Source: Candidatus Latescibacterota bacterium (GTDB lineage: Bacteria; Latescibacterota; UBA2968; GCA-2709665). Taken from it: 64,000 nucleotides of DNA. Location: NCBI GenBank assembly GCA_963662665.2, contig CAXXJS010000040.1, forward strand, positions 288,001-352,000, read 5' to 3'. The stretch's first letter is position 1; the number at the start of each line of letters is the position of its first letter. This document shows positions 37,703 through 48,920 of the stretch, piece by piece. The notes below the pieces were generated by a model that did not search any database, was not told the DNA's origin, and saw only the letters and a list, made by a program, of their open reading frames with translations. Position numbers and translations under genes: made by a program.

Positions 37703-38377
37703 ATGCGATCCAGTCCGAAATCTTCCCCGGCAACTCTGGACGTCATCTACGTCGACAACCACCTGCTGGTGGTCCGGAAACCCGCGGGAACCCTTGTACA
37801 GGGAGACCGCACGGGTGACGTGTCGCTTCTGGAATACGGAAAGGCGTACGTGAAGGCGGCGTTCAACAAACCGGGCGACGCCTTTCTTGGGCTTGTCCAC
37901 CGGTTGGACCGGCCCACGTCCGGCGTGATGGTTTTTGCCCGGACGTCAAAAGCGGCGGCCAGGCTTTCGGAACAGTTTCGGGCCCAGACGATCGGAAAGG
38001 TCTACTGGGCGCTGGTGCAGGGAAAGACGCCCCGGGAGGGCCGCATGGCGGATGCGCTGTTGCGTTCCGGACCTTCAAGTAAGGTGTCCGACCGGGGACA
38101 GGAGGCGTCGCTCGGGTTCCGCCGATTGGGGTTCGAACGTGGAATCTCGTGGGTGGAGGTCAGACCCGGGACGGGCAGGCATCATCAGATACGGGTGCAG
38201 TTTGCGCACCGCGGGCATCCCGTACTCGGCGATTTCCGGTACGGATCGAGAATCGGATTTCCAAAGAAAAGCCTGGCGCTCCATGCGCGAACGCTTACGC
38301 TGCTGCATCCGACCCGGAAGGAGGAGATGACGTTCAGCGCGGCGCCCGAGGCGTTCTGGCCGTCGAGATTTCGGTAG
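37703..38377 (+). CDS. RluA-family pseudouridine synthase
   Basis: VHRLDRPTSG, TGRHHQIRVQ, HPVLGD..YG, LALHA. Confidence 0.92.
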   Translation: MRSSPKSSPATLDVIYVDNHLLVVRKPAGTLVQGDRTGDVSLLEYGKAYVKAAFNKPGDAFLGLVHRLDRPTSGVMVFARTSKAAARLSEQFRAQTIGKVYWALVQGKTPREGRMADALLRSGPSSKVSDRGQEASLGFRRLGFERGISWVEVRPGTGRHHQIRVQFAHRGHPVLGDFRYGSRIGFPKKSLALHARTLTLLHPTRKEEMTFSAAPEAFWPSRFR

Positions 38378-38431
38378 TGTAAACCCTCGGGACAATAGCC
38401 ACAAGAAGCACAGAAGGCACAAAACGGATAT

Positions 38432-38561
38432 GAAGCTGTTCTAAAATTCCTGGTGCGTTGCCGAGCACGAGCGAAAAAGTGACGGTCAAGGCGGGTATGA
38501 CCAACGCCGACCGGCGCTTTTGCAGCCGTGCGAAGACCGCTGGGGATTTTGATACAGATTC
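38432..38561. mobile_element. 130-bp long-hairpin MITE-like element
   Basis: Imperfect terminal inverted repeats GAAGCTGTTCTAAAATTCC / GGGATTTTGATACAGATTC enclose complementary arms GCACG..AAAAGTG.CGGTC..GGCG and CGCC-GACCG.CGCTTTT..CGTGC. Confidence 0.55.
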
Positions 38562-38694
38562 TCGGGCAGTGTGGTAAAGACCGCAAACCGGTCGCAGGTT
38601 TCACGGGAAATCAGCAAGCGACCAGGTCGCCAACGGCCAGGATTAAAACCGATTTTGGTCAGGTGTGAATCAATACGTTGAAAGGAGATTGTTC

Positions 38695-39090
38695 GTGAAC
38701 CGGAACGAGCAGGAGCCGTTGAACGAGATACAGGTCGATCGGAACAACCTGTACCGCGAAGAAAACTACACGGACCTGAAGGTGGCGTCGATTCGTAGAT
38801 TGGTGCCTGTTAGTCCGGACGGATCGCCCGATGCGACCCGGCGCCAGAAATTTATCGGACAGACGCATCTCATGTCCCAGGTCGGCCCGCTGCCCGTACA
38901 ATGCGACATCGAGGCCGCAGACCTGGAAGAGGCGCTCCGGAAGTTTCCGCAGGCGCTGGCGCGGGCGGTAGAGGAGATGATGGAGGAGGCCAACGAGAAG
39001 CGGCGCCAGGAATCCTCCCGGATTGTGGTGCCGGGCGCAGGTGGACTGCCGGGTGGGCCGCCGTCGGGAGGTACGATTGGTCTGACGTAG
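38695..39090 (+). CDS. Conserved hypothetical cytoplasmic protein
   Basis: AGGAG SD before GTG at 38695; NLYREENYTDLKVASIRRLVPV.PDGS.D..R. Confidence 0.7.
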   Translation: MNRNEQEPLNEIQVDRNNLYREENYTDLKVASIRRLVPVSPDGSPDATRRQKFIGQTHLMSQVGPLPVQCDIEAADLEEALRKFPQALARAVEEMMEEANEKRRQESSRIVVPGAGGLPGGPPSGGTIGLT

Positions 39091-39207
39091 GATACGACAG
39101 GCGCGAGCCGTCAGGCACATCCAGCCAACGGTTGGACGTCGATGCCGACGGAAGGGAGTCCCGCCGTGCTACTTCTGCTGCCAGGGCGCATAAAAATGCG
39201 CCCTGAT

Positions 39208-40080
39208 TCAATTTTGCAATGGCTCCATGGCCTCTCTGAGTTCGGCCAATTCGATTTCCGTGAGTGGCTTTACGGGTTTGCGGCACGGACCCACCGGTCT
39301 GCCGGAGAGATTGGTGGCGGCCTTGACGGATGCGTTGTAAACGTGGGTCCAGAAAAAGCGGTTGGCGGGAAACATGCGCCGCCAGAGGTCACGGGCCTCG
39401 GTGAGATTACCTGAGGCGACCAAATTGTAGAGATCGACGGCTTCTTTCGGCATGGCGTTAACCGCTCCCCACACGCAACCGGGGCACCCGGCAACCAGGC
39501 TGAAGAAGGCGATGGGATCCCCGCCGTTGAGGACCCGGGCGCCAACGGCCAGGAGTTCCTGGATGCGCAGAAGGTCTGCCATGCTGTCCTTGATGTACCG
39601 GATGTTCTCGATTTTCATAAGTCGCTTGAAAAACGCCGGCGTGATATCGATTCCCGTGTGTACGGGGATGTTGTAGACCATGATGGGCGTATTTACCGCG
39701 TCGGAGACTTCTTCATAGTGGGCGTAAACGCCTTCCATGTCCGGTCCCTCGAAGTAGGGCGGCAGCACGAGCAGGCAATCCGCACCCGCGCCTTCGGCGT
39801 GCCGGGCGGATTCGATCGTCTCCGAAGTACTCACCGCGGAGGCCATGGCGACAAAGTCGGCCCTGCCGTTTATGTGTCCGGCAGCCAGTTCGGCAAGCCG
39901 TCTGCGTTCCTCCGGTCGCAGACAGGCGAACTCGCCCGTGCCGCCATTGATGAGGATGCTATGGACCCCCGCGTCGAGCATGGAGTCGATATGGTTCCTC
40001 AACGCGGATTCGTCGATCCGCTCGCCGTCGTCTGTAAACGGGGTGCATAGAGCCGCGCAGATGCCTTCGAGTTCCTTCAT
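39208..40080 (-). CDS. Dihydrodipicolinate synthase-family aldolase/lyase
   Basis: GGTGEF, LPPYF, MVYNIP, YIKDS (Schiff-base Lys). Confidence 0.88.
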   Translation of the reverse strand: MKELEGICAALCTPFTDDGERIDESALRNHIDSMLDAGVHSILINGGTGEFACLRPEERRRLAELAAGHINGRADFVAMASAVSTSETIESARHAEGAGADCLLVLPPYFEGPDMEGVYAHYEEVSDAVNTPIMVYNIPVHTGIDITPAFFKRLMKIENIRYIKDSMADLLRIQELLAVGARVLNGGDPIAFFSLVAGCPGCVWGAVNAMPKEAVDLYNLVASGNLTEARDLWRRMFPANRFFWTHVYNASVKAATNLSGRPVGPCRKPVKPLTEIELAELREAMEPLQN

Positions 40081-40475
40081 TCCGGTCTCCTCTATTTCAT
40101 CATTCAAACCCCGCAACAGGGATCACCACCTGTGGACAAGGCGTTGCCGGGGGGTCGTTTGAAGGGCGTTTTGCGAAGGTAAGATGAAATCCCACTATCT
40201 CCAAGAACGCTTTCCGGAGGGCGACGGGATCCGCGGTTCAGCGGGCGAGAACGGCCTTGACACTTCCCGGGGAAAAATCAATATTGCGCGGAAGCGCAGG
40301 AACGGGTACACGTGCGCGTCCGGCCCGCGCGTTACCCTTCCTTACACTCCCGGCTGAAACCTGAGCGGAATCAGGGTACCGGATGTTTCGAATCCACGCC
40401 CTTGTCCCGCGGTCCGGACGTCCGGTACTGCGTTACGCATGGGCTCGAATTGTCGGTTTTTCGGAGGAGGTTGAC

Positions 40476-42275
40476 ATGTCGCAGGTGAGGGAAGTTGGCA
40501 TTCCGGTTCGCGCGGTGAATCGAGCGGCGCTGTATGCGGGACGAAACGGTGCCGGCGAGCCGTGTCTGTATGCGACCATGTCGCAGCAGGCCGCGAATCT
40601 GTTTGTATTGCAAATCGATCCGGAGACGGGCAGGTTGCGTCAATTCTGGGCGGACGTCCCTGAATCCAATTATACCACGGCCGTGTATCAGGCGCGGAAC
40701 GGACGCCTCTATATCGGGGCGGCGCACTCGGGGCAACTTTACTGTTTCGATCCCGCGCAGGACGACCTGGTAAATTTCGGCACCATAAACGCCGGTGCGG
40801 CGATTTTTCCATGCAGTATCGACGAGGATTCACAGGGACTGATCTGGATTTCCAGCTATGGCACGGCGGATCTGACGAGTTTCAATCCGGAAACCGGTGA
40901 ATTTACCCGGTACGGACGGTTGGACGAAGTGGATATGTACGCCTACTGTCACGTGAATACGGACGATACGATCGCGTCGATGATCATGCAGACCCGGCCG
41001 CACGTGGTGGTTCTGGACCCGAAGACCGGTGAAAAAAGGACGGTAGGGCCCGTCGTCACGCGCGGCGACGGAACGCTGACTCTACACCGGGGGGCGGACG
41101 GCAACCTCTATATCGAATCGAGCGAGGGGAATTATCGCGTGGAGGGCATGAACGCCGTTCCCGTGGAAGAATCCGTTCCGGCGAAAACTGCCGCACCCGC
41201 CTTGCCGGACGGCAGCACCTTTCGGTTCGTGGACGCGGTGGAGCAGACGTGCCGGATTCTGGAGGTAACCGGCCCGGACGGCGCGGCGAAGACCTTCAAT
41301 ATTGAATTCGAGGCTGCCGGTACCGATATCTTCTGTCTGCACGGCGGCCCGGACGGTTGCGTGTACGGATCCAGCGTCCTGCCGGAGCGGTTGTTTAATT
41401 ATAACCCCGGAACGGATGACCTGAAGGACCTGGGCATCTGTTCGACGGCCACGGGCGAGGCGTATTCAATGGCGAATCTGGACGGGAAAATCTACATCTC
41501 GTCATACCCGGGTGCCAGAATATCCATTTACGATCCTTCGCGCCCGTACCGTTTCGGAGAGGACCGGGGCGGCAATCCATGGGACATCGGGCGGGTGGAC
41601 AACATATCCTACCGGCCGCGTTCCACGCTGGGAGGTCCCGGCGGGAAAGTCTGGCTGGCATCCATCCCGGACTACGGAAGGTGGGGCGGGCCGCTTTCAT
41701 ACTACCACCCGGAAACACAGGAGAAAAAGGCGTTCTATCGGATTGTGGGGGACGCAAGCTGTTATACGCTCGCCCATCTGGAGGCGGAGTCATTGATCGC
41801 CGTCGGCACAACCATCAGCGCAGGGAGCGGGACGCAACCCCGGGTGGACGAGGCGGTGCTTTTCCTCTTCGACTACGAAGAAGAAGAGAAAGTCTGGGAG
41901 GGTACGCCGGATCCGCCGGTGAAGATCTTCAATGCACTCGTTGCCGTTCCGGACGGGCGGCTTCTCGGGACGTTCAGCGGCAACGAACGGGGATCCGAGC
42001 TTTTCGTGTTCGACCCCGGGACGCGGGCGTTTACGGACCGGATCGCCGCGCCGGAGGGCGGCCCGGTGGATAACGGGTTGCAGCTGGGTCCCGACGGGAT
42101 GATCTATGGCCTCACCCACACCCTCATCTATCGGCTGGATCCCGGTTCCCTGACATTTAACGTGATCGTGGAATTCGATGAGAAGTTGACCGGCCACGCG
42201 GCCGCCGGGCCGATCATTGGGAACGACGTATATTTCTCCTCGGGACACCGGCTTCTTGCGGCGGAGATATTGTAG
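40476..42275 (+). CDS. Hypothetical beta-propeller repeat protein
   Basis: GGAGG SD. Repeated G.LY.G...G.L..FDP motifs; no signal peptide. Confidence 0.7.
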   Translation: MSQVREVGIPVRAVNRAALYAGRNGAGEPCLYATMSQQAANLFVLQIDPETGRLRQFWADVPESNYTTAVYQARNGRLYIGAAHSGQLYCFDPAQDDLVNFGTINAGAAIFPCSIDEDSQGLIWISSYGTADLTSFNPETGEFTRYGRLDEVDMYAYCHVNTDDTIASMIMQTRPHVVVLDPKTGEKRTVGPVVTRGDGTLTLHRGADGNLYIESSEGNYRVEGMNAVPVEESVPAKTAAPALPDGSTFRFVDAVEQTCRILEVTGPDGAAKTFNIEFEAAGTDIFCLHGGPDGCVYGSSVLPERLFNYNPGTDDLKDLGICSTATGEAYSMANLDGKIYISSYPGARISIYDPSRPYRFGEDRGGNPWDIGRVDNISYRPRSTLGGPGGKVWLASIPDYGRWGGPLSYYHPETQEKKAFYRIVGDASCYTLAHLEAESLIAVGTTISAGSGTQPRVDEAVLFLFDYEEEEKVWEGTPDPPVKIFNALVAVPDGRLLGTFSGNERGSELFVFDPGTRAFTDRIAAPEGGPVDNGLQLGPDGMIYGLTHTLIYRLDPGSLTFNVIVEFDEKLTGHAAAGPIIGNDVYFSSGHRLLAAEIL

Positions 42276-42376
42276 CGAAGCCGGACGTAAACGTGCGGGA
42301 TGAGGAAATGTACGGCCTCGTCCACGGGATGCGGACCGTGTTTTCGGCTGTACGCTGGAACTCAAAGGAGGCCATT

Positions 42377-42778
42377 GTGGCGGAAAAAGTCGAAAAGACC
42401 GATGACGAATGGCGGGAGATGCTCACGCCTGAACAGTACCATGTCACGAGAAGAAGCGGTACGGAGCGGGCATTTACCGGCAAATATCACGAATTCAAGG
42501 GTGAGGGGATCTACCTCTGTGTGTGTTGCGGCAACGAATTGTTCCATTCGGAAACCAAATACGATTCCTGCACGGGATGGCCGAGTTTCTGGGCGCCGAC
42601 CGATGCCACAAACGTTGAAACGGAAACGGATTCGGCCTACGGAATGGTGCGCACGGAGGTGAAGTGCAGCCGGTGCGACGCGCATCTCGGACACGTGTTC
42701 GACGACGGACCCCAACCGACAGGATTGCGGTACTGCATGAACTCCGCGGCGCTGGACTTTGAGGAGAAGGATACGTAA
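42377..42778 (+). CDS. msrB: Peptide methionine sulfoxide reductase B (Cys type)
   Basis: [36 protein letters not shown] start after an AAGGAGG SD. Confidence 0.95.
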   Translation: MAEKVEKTDDEWREMLTPEQYHVTRRSGTERAFTGKYHEFKGEGIYLCVCCGNELFHSETKYDSCTGWPSFWAPTDATNVETETDSAYGMVRTEVKCSRCDAHLGHVFDDGPQPTGLRYCMNSAALDFEEKDT

Positions 42779-42879
42779 AGAAAGGGATTGAACAGCCAGC
42801 CGCCCGGGTTAATCGCCTCACAGCGTGCGGACGGTTTGAAAACCGACCGGAAGACACCCCGTCTCTGGAGGAACCATCG

Positions 42880-43341
42880 ATGAGTTTGAATTTCGCCATC
42901 CGAGATATCGAGTCCCAGCCTATCGTCGGCATCCGCGCCACAACCTCTATGGAAGAAATCACCCAGGTCATCGGCGCCCTTTTCGGCGAGATTATGGAGT
43001 ACCTCACCAGGAACGGCGTCGCGCCGGCGGGGATGCCGTTTACCATTTACCACGAGATGGACTCTGAAAAACTGGATATGGAATGCGGGATGCCGGTGGC
43101 TTCGCCCGTTGAGGGCACCGAACGCGTTCGGCCGGGCGACTTGCCCGCCGGGAAGGTCGCGACCGTAACCCACATGGGTCCCTACGAACAGTTGGGGAAA
43201 ACGTGGTCGGCATTGATGAAATGGATGGAGGAAGAGGGCCTGCAGGCGGCGGGCGCGCCCTGGGAGGTGTACGTGACGGATCCCGGCGAGGAGCCCGATC
43301 AGTCCAAATGGCGCACCGACATCTTCTTCCCCGTGCGCTGA
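42880..43341 (+). CDS. GyrI-like small-molecule-binding domain protein
   Basis: HMGPYEQL...W...PWEVYVTDP...WRTDI. Confidence 0.85.
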   Translation: MSLNFAIRDIESQPIVGIRATTSMEEITQVIGALFGEIMEYLTRNGVAPAGMPFTIYHEMDSEKLDMECGMPVASPVEGTERVRPGDLPAGKVATVTHMGPYEQLGKTWSALMKWMEEEGLQAAGAPWEVYVTDPGEEPDQSKWRTDIFFPVR

Positions 43342-43450
43342 ACGGCGGCGCATGTACACGAGTTTCGGTGGAATCCCGATGGGACGATGGCGACCGGGCA
43401 TAGGCCGTTGACGAACAGACGTCGGTTAATCCTGATGTAAGGAGTTGAGA

Positions 43451-44263
43451 ATGAAATACCGCTTTGCCGAAATGATCTGGTATGAAATCAAGGAGGCCGC
43501 GGAACAGGACCGTGTTGCGGTTCTGCCGGTGGCGACGTACGAGGACCACGGTCCCCACCTTCCGGTGGATACCGACGTCGTCCTCTGTACGGAGATCTGT
43601 GAACGGGCCGTGTCGCGGATCCCGTCCGAGGCCGTCCTGGCGCCGCCGATCCCGCACGGGTACAGCCCGCACCACATGGATTTTCACGGGACGCTGACGA
43701 TCACGTGGGATACCTTCATCCGATACGTCAAGGATGTCTGCTGCAGCCTCGCCCACCATGGCTTCAAGCGGATTCTGGTGGTGAACGGCCACGGAAGCAA
43801 TACGTCGCCATTGGACCTGGCAACCCGGCTTTCGGTCATCGAATACGAGGGCAGGATTCTGTGCGGCGCCGTGAATCACTGGGGGCTCCGGATGGTGAAA
43901 GAGGTGGGACGCGAACTGAGGGAGTCGGACTACGGCGGGACCTCCCACGGCGGGGAGTTCGAGACGTCGCTGTATCTGGCTTTGAAGCCGGACCTGGTGG
44001 ACATGAGCAAGGCGGTCGACGAACGGTCGCCCCTGTCGAACAGCTTCCAGTCCGACCTTCTCGCGGGCGGCCACCCGGAGGGGTCCAGCGCGAATTTTAC
44101 GCCTTACTGGAGTACGAAGACGGCCAGCGGCGTGATGGGAGACGCGACAAAGGCCAGCCGGGAGAAGGGGGAGCAATTCCTGGAGGCGGGCATCGAGGGA
44201 CTGATCGAACTGGTTCGGGAACTCAGGGCAACGGAAGTCATGGACCGGCGCGACCAGCATTAG
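43451..44263 (+). CDS. Creatininase-family amidohydrolase
   Basis: [37 protein letters not shown]. Confidence 0.9.
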   Translation: MKYRFAEMIWYEIKEAAEQDRVAVLPVATYEDHGPHLPVDTDVVLCTEICERAVSRIPSEAVLAPPIPHGYSPHHMDFHGTLTITWDTFIRYVKDVCCSLAHHGFKRILVVNGHGSNTSPLDLATRLSVIEYEGRILCGAVNHWGLRMVKEVGRELRESDYGGTSHGGEFETSLYLALKPDLVDMSKAVDERSPLSNSFQSDLLAGGHPEGSSANFTPYWSTKTASGVMGDATKASREKGEQFLEAGIEGLIELVRELRATEVMDRRDQH

Positions 44264-44282
44264 CGGACGAAAGGGCGTTTCC

Positions 44283-45284
44283 GTGAAAACGCACGTGTTC
44301 ACCAGCGGACGGGATGGGTACCACACCTACCGGATTCCGGCTGTGCTTGTCGCCCCGGACGGATCGTTGCTGGCCTTTTGCGAGGGCCGTCGGAACGACC
44401 GGAGCGATCACGGAGATATCGACCTTCTGGTGAAGCGCTCGGGTGACGGCGGAAACACATGGTCGGCCCAACGGGTCGTGTATAGCGAATCGGGAGAGAT
44501 TACGATCGGCAATCCGTGTCCCGTGGTGGACGTTGAGACCGGCACGGTCCGGATGTTGTTCTGTAGAGATAATGTCGACGTGCTGGTCACGCACAGTTCC
44601 GATAACGGTCTCACGTGGTCCACTCCGGTAGACATCACGCGGGACGTAAAGAAAAACGCGTGGACCTGGTACGCGACGGGCCCGGGGGTGGGCATTCAGC
44701 TCCGAAACGGAGTGCGCAAAGGGCGGCTCCTGATTCCCTGCGACCACCGAAACCCGGAAGCGCATGACTGCGGTTCCCATTCCGTCTACAGCGATGACGG
44801 TGGCGCGTCCTGGCGGTTGGGCGGTTCGGTCCGGCCTGGGGCCAACGAGTGCCAGTTCGGCGAACTCGCTGACGGAACCGTGGTTATGAACACGCGAATG
44901 CAGACGCACAGCGAAGGGTATCGCGGGGTCGCGTTCAGCAGGGATGGAGGGGAGTCCTGGGACGGGTTCACACACGACCGCAACCTGCCCTGCCCCAAAT
45001 GCCAGGCCAGCCTGGTTGAAGGCTCAGCCGAAGACAGCCTGTTGTTTTCGAATCCCTCGGCGCCCGCTTTGCCAAAGACCCGCGGGGGAGAGCGCGTGAA
45101 CATGACCGTCCGCCTGAGCAACGACGGAGGCAGGACCTGGCCCGCGGCGAAACTGCTGCACGCGGGCCCGTCGGCGTATTCCTGCATTGTGTTGCTTTCG
45201 GGCGGCGCGGTCGGCTGCCTGTACGAAGCGGGATTGGAATCTCCGTACGAGCACATTGTTTTCGAACGTTTCCGGATGGAATGA
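44283..45284 (+). CDS. Sialidase (GH33), no signal peptide
   Basis: YRIP motif and Asp-boxes [40 protein letters not shown]; GPSAYS. Confidence 0.9.
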   Translation: MKTHVFTSGRDGYHTYRIPAVLVAPDGSLLAFCEGRRNDRSDHGDIDLLVKRSGDGGNTWSAQRVVYSESGEITIGNPCPVVDVETGTVRMLFCRDNVDVLVTHSSDNGLTWSTPVDITRDVKKNAWTWYATGPGVGIQLRNGVRKGRLLIPCDHRNPEAHDCGSHSVYSDDGGASWRLGGSVRPGANECQFGELADGTVVMNTRMQTHSEGYRGVAFSRDGGESWDGFTHDRNLPCPKCQASLVEGSAEDSLLFSNPSAPALPKTRGGERVNMTVRLSNDGGRTWPAAKLLHAGPSAYSCIVLLSGGAVGCLYEAGLESPYEHIVFERFRME

Positions 45285-45293
45285 GAAAAGGCC

Positions 45294-46619
45294 ATGGTTG
45301 AGACGTCGACCGAATGCGGACCTGCGGTGGAGGAACGATACCGGGCGGGCAGCCCGCGTTCCGGGGCCGCTTTCGAACGCGCCAGAGCGGTCATGCCCGG
45401 CGGGGTGAAAGGGGCGTATTTCTACAACCCCTATCCGCTGACCGTCGATCGGGGCGAGGGCTGTTATATCCATGACCTGGACGGCCGGAAACTCGTGGAC
45501 TTCAACAATCACCATACGGCGCAGATTCTGGGCCACAACCATCCGGCGGTCGTTGCGGCCGTGCGGGAGCAGGTTTCCAGGGGGATTGCGTTGAGCGCGC
45601 CCGCGGGCGTGGAGACGGGACTGGCCGAGGAGATGTGCAGGCGTGTGAAGTCCGTGGAAAAGATCCGGTTCTGCAATTCCGGCACGGAAGCGACCCTGCA
45701 CGCCATCCGACTGGCGCGGGGCGTCACCGGAAAGACGAAAATTGCCAAGTTCGAGGGCGGATATCACGGAAGCCACGACGTGGTGGAGGTGAGTGTGGCG
45801 CCGCCGCTTGACAAGGCCGGGCCCGCGGCGGCGCCACATTCGGTTTCCACGGCGGGGGGCGCCTCGCCGAATGCCGCCGGCGAAGTGGTGGTCCTGCCGT
45901 ATAACGATGAAAACGCCGTAGAGAGACTGCTCGCGCGGTACAGGAACGAACTGGCATGCGTGATATTCGATCCGCGGGCGGGAATTCTCGCGCAGCGCCC
46001 TGAGTTTGCGCAGTTCGTATGCGACATGGCGCGGCGGCACAACGTACCGGTGATATTCGACGAGATTGTGGGATTCCGGGTCGGTACCGGAGGTCTGCAG
46101 GCGCACTATGGCATCGAGCCGGATCTGACGACGTTTGGAAAGGTCATCGGCGGTGGATTTCCGGTGGGCGCCTTCGGAGGCCGGGCCGACCTGATGGATC
46201 GCTTCGACTCATCCCGGGGGCCGACAGGTTTCTTTCAAAGCGGCACGTTCAGCGGGCATCCCGTGGCCATGGCCGCGGGTCTGGCGACCATGAACCAGCT
46301 GACGCCGGACGTGTTCGCGCACCTGAACCGGCTGGGAACGCGGCTCAGGAACGGGTTGAACCACCTGTTTGCAGAGCGTGACGTGGATGCGACGGCGGTG
46401 GGCGTGGGATCGCTGTTCAGCATTCATTTTTCAGATGAAGCGATGTTGAATTACCGACACCTTGCCGGAACGGACAAGGCGGCGGCGCACCTTCTGCTTC
46501 TCGGTCTGATCGAACAGGGATATTTCCTGGGAAACGGACTGTTGATGTGCGCCGTCTCCGCGCCGATGGATGAAGGCCACGTGGATGGATTGATCGAGGC
46601 GGTTGGACGGGCGATCTGA
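45294..46619 (+). CDS. Class III aminotransferase (glutamate-1-semialdehyde aminomutase-like)
   Basis: NSGTEA, GGYHG, FDEIVGFR, TTFGKVIGGGFPVGA, SGTFSGHP. Confidence 0.88.
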   Translation: MVETSTECGPAVEERYRAGSPRSGAAFERARAVMPGGVKGAYFYNPYPLTVDRGEGCYIHDLDGRKLVDFNNHHTAQILGHNHPAVVAAVREQVSRGIALSAPAGVETGLAEEMCRRVKSVEKIRFCNSGTEATLHAIRLARGVTGKTKIAKFEGGYHGSHDVVEVSVAPPLDKAGPAAAPHSVSTAGGASPNAAGEVVVLPYNDENAVERLLARYRNELACVIFDPRAGILAQRPEFAQFVCDMARRHNVPVIFDEIVGFRVGTGGLQAHYGIEPDLTTFGKVIGGGFPVGAFGGRADLMDRFDSSRGPTGFFQSGTFSGHPVAMAAGLATMNQLTPDVFAHLNRLGTRLRNGLNHLFAERDVDATAVGVGSLFSIHFSDEAMLNYRHLAGTDKAAAHLLLLGLIEQGYFLGNGLLMCAVSAPMDEGHVDGLIEAVGRAI

Positions 46620-46742
46620 GACTCCGGCCAGTTGTGTCCAAACGGGTTTCCGCTTTGCGCGGCGCCGTTCACTTTCGCCTGTCTGGTTGCTGCTGAACAA
46701 CGGGAAGCCGCGATCGGGACGTTGTTTCAGGAGGATATTGAA

Positions 46743-47510
46743 ATGCGATACATCGACACGCACGCCCATCTGGGGCCGTGGTTTGACGAAATCACGACGT
46801 TTTCAGCCGAGGGCTTCGTGGCAATGCAGGAACGGGCAGGCATCGAGCGCACCGTGGTCACGTCCGGGTCCGCCCTGTTTACGGAATTGATTTATGGCAA
46901 TGAATGGACCATTCAACAGGCGGAGGCACTGGAACACCTGCTCGTCTGGCTCGTGCTGAATCCGTTGAAAATGGGCGAATCGCTGGAGTTGCTGGACCGT
47001 TTCAAGGACCATCCCAAGGTCGCGGGCTTCAAGATCCACCCGGTCCAGCACAAGTACCCGGCGGACATCAAGCCCACCTTCCGGCTTTTCGAAAAGCTGG
47101 AGCCGCTCGGGCTTCCGGTGCTTTCCCACGGAGAGAACGAGTCCTACGCGGCCCCGGCCCGGTTGCGGAGGCTGGCCGAAGCCTTTCCGTCCATAACGGT
47201 AATCACCGCGCATTTCGGCGCGGGTCAGCCGGGCCAGACCTACGAGGCCATCGACGCGCTCCAGGACTGCAAAACGGGAAACCTTTACACGGATATGGGT
47301 ACGGCAAGGGCGATTCGCACGGGCATGATCGGTCTGGTGGTGCGAGAAGTGGGGGCGGACAGGGTGTTGTTCGGTACGGATTCGCCTCTGTACGAACCGA
47401 TGGCGTTCCCCGCGCTGCTGGCCGCGGCGGATATAACTGACGACGAACGCGAACAGATCGCCTACAGGAACGCGGAGCGGCTCGTGCTGGCGCCGAAGGG
47501 ATTGTCGTAG
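46743..47510 (+). CDS. Amidohydrolase family protein
   Basis: IDTHAH, GFKIHP, AHFG, RVLFGTDSP. GGAGG SD before the ATG at 46743. Confidence 0.85.
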   Translation: MRYIDTHAHLGPWFDEITTFSAEGFVAMQERAGIERTVVTSGSALFTELIYGNEWTIQQAEALEHLLVWLVLNPLKMGESLELLDRFKDHPKVAGFKIHPVQHKYPADIKPTFRLFEKLEPLGLPVLSHGENESYAAPARLRRLAEAFPSITVITAHFGAGQPGQTYEAIDALQDCKTGNLYTDMGTARAIRTGMIGLVVREVGADRVLFGTDSPLYEPMAFPALLAAADITDDEREQIAYRNAERLVLAPKGLS

Positions 47511-47555
47511 ACACTGTCGACGTTGTTGAGGTCATGCGTCCGGAGGAATCGACTG

Positions 47556-48908
47556 ATGAAACTGGATGGTCGCCGGCGGCGGCTGCTTGAACGGACATTT
47601 CTGGATTATCAGCAGACGTCGGCCTTCATGGAGCATCCGTTCATCGTCAAGAGAGCGCACGGACTTCACTATTGGGATACGGACGGCAAGCGTTATTTCG
47701 ACGGTATCGGCGGCATTTTCGTGGCCTCGCTCGGACACGGGCATCCCAGGGTTCTGGAGGCCATGCGAAGGCAGGCGGAGACGCTGGGATTCTCGCCGCC
47801 AATGCACGGGCTTTCGGACGTTGCGCTGGATTTCGTCGAGAAACTGAGCGAGGTGACGCCGGAGAATCTGAATTTCATCAAGTCCTACAGCGGCGGGTCC
47901 GAAGCGGTCGAATCCGCCCTGAAGTTCACCCGGCAGTATTTCAGGCAAAACGGGCACCCGGGCAAGTACAAGTTCGTCAGCAGATACTTCGGGTATCACG
48001 GCGCCACGTTCGGCGCGATGGCGGCCAGCGGGACGGGAAAACGCAAGACGCCGTTCGAACCCCAGGCGGGCGGATTCCTGAAAGTATTCCCGCCAACCTA
48101 TTACAGAGACCGTTTTGCTTCCTGGGAGGAATGCAATCGTTTCTGTGCGCAGATGTTCGAGGATGTGATCGTCAACGAAGACCCGGATACGGTGGCGGGC
48201 GTCATTCTGGAACCGATCGGCAATACCGGCGGAATCATCACACCCACCGGGGAATATTTCCGGATTATCCGTGACGTCTGCGACCGGCACAACGTAATGT
48301 TGATCTACGACGAGATCATTACGGGGTTCGGCAAAACCGGCTCGATGTTCGCCGCCCAGACGTTCGGGGTCACTCCCGACATTATCTGTGCCGGCAAGGG
48401 GATCTCGAGCGGGGCGTATCCGGTGGGCGCGATGGTGGCGCGGGAAGATATGGGAGACGTGTTTCTCGGTCCGGTGGAGGCCGACGTCAACTTTGCGCAC
48501 GGGCATACGTTTGCGGCCAATCCCGTCGCCTGCGCCGTGGGAATGGCCGTGATCGACGAAATCGTGGAACAGGAGCTGGATCGCAAGGCCGGGGAACTCG
48601 GCCGATATCTGGCATCGAAGCTTGAAGGGTTGAAGGACCTGGGCGTGGTGCGCGAGGTGCGGGGACGGGGGTTGCTGCAGGGCGTGGAACTGGTGAGGGA
48701 TACGAAGACTATGGCCCCGTTTCCTGAACTGGGCCGGGCGCTGAAGAGGACGACGCTGGAGAACGGGCTGCTGATCCGGATCGACCCCACGTGGTTTGCC
48801 GTGAGCCCGGCGTTGATCGTGCAGCGCGAGGACATCGACGAACTGTGCGATCTCGTCAGGAAGAGCCTGATTGAGGCGCTGGAGCAGGTTAAATCGGGAA
48901 GACCTTGA
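47556..48908 (+). CDS. Class III (omega-amino acid) aminotransferase
   Basis: SGGSEAVE, GYHGAT, DEIITGFGKTG, GKGISSG, HGHTF. Confidence 0.9.
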   Translation: MKLDGRRRRLLERTFLDYQQTSAFMEHPFIVKRAHGLHYWDTDGKRYFDGIGGIFVASLGHGHPRVLEAMRRQAETLGFSPPMHGLSDVALDFVEKLSEVTPENLNFIKSYSGGSEAVESALKFTRQYFRQNGHPGKYKFVSRYFGYHGATFGAMAASGTGKRKTPFEPQAGGFLKVFPPTYYRDRFASWEECNRFCAQMFEDVIVNEDPDTVAGVILEPIGNTGGIITPTGEYFRIIRDVCDRHNVMLIYDEIITGFGKTGSMFAAQTFGVTPDIICAGKGISSGAYPVGAMVAREDMGDVFLGPVEADVNFAHGHTFAANPVACAVGMAVIDEIVEQELDRKAGELGRYLASKLEGLKDLGVVREVRGRGLLQGVELVRDTKTMAPFPELGRALKRTTLENGLLIRIDPTWFAVSPALIVQREDIDELCDLVRKSLIEALEQVKSGRP

Positions 48909-48920
48909 AAGGAGGCGCAG

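Noticed and set aside
42377-42778. msrB as a second selenoprotein
   Set aside because: The catalytic position is Cys (RYCMNS) and there is no in-frame TGA.
42880-43341. GyrI-like gene functionally linked to the pentapeptide (gyrase-protection) array
   Set aside because: It is 35 kb away, and solo GyrI-like domains are usually small-molecule binders.
45294-46619. Calling this gene hemL
   Set aside because: It lacks the GGVNSPVR N-terminal signature and has no tetrapyrrole genes nearby, so it is left as a HemL-like class III aminotransferase.
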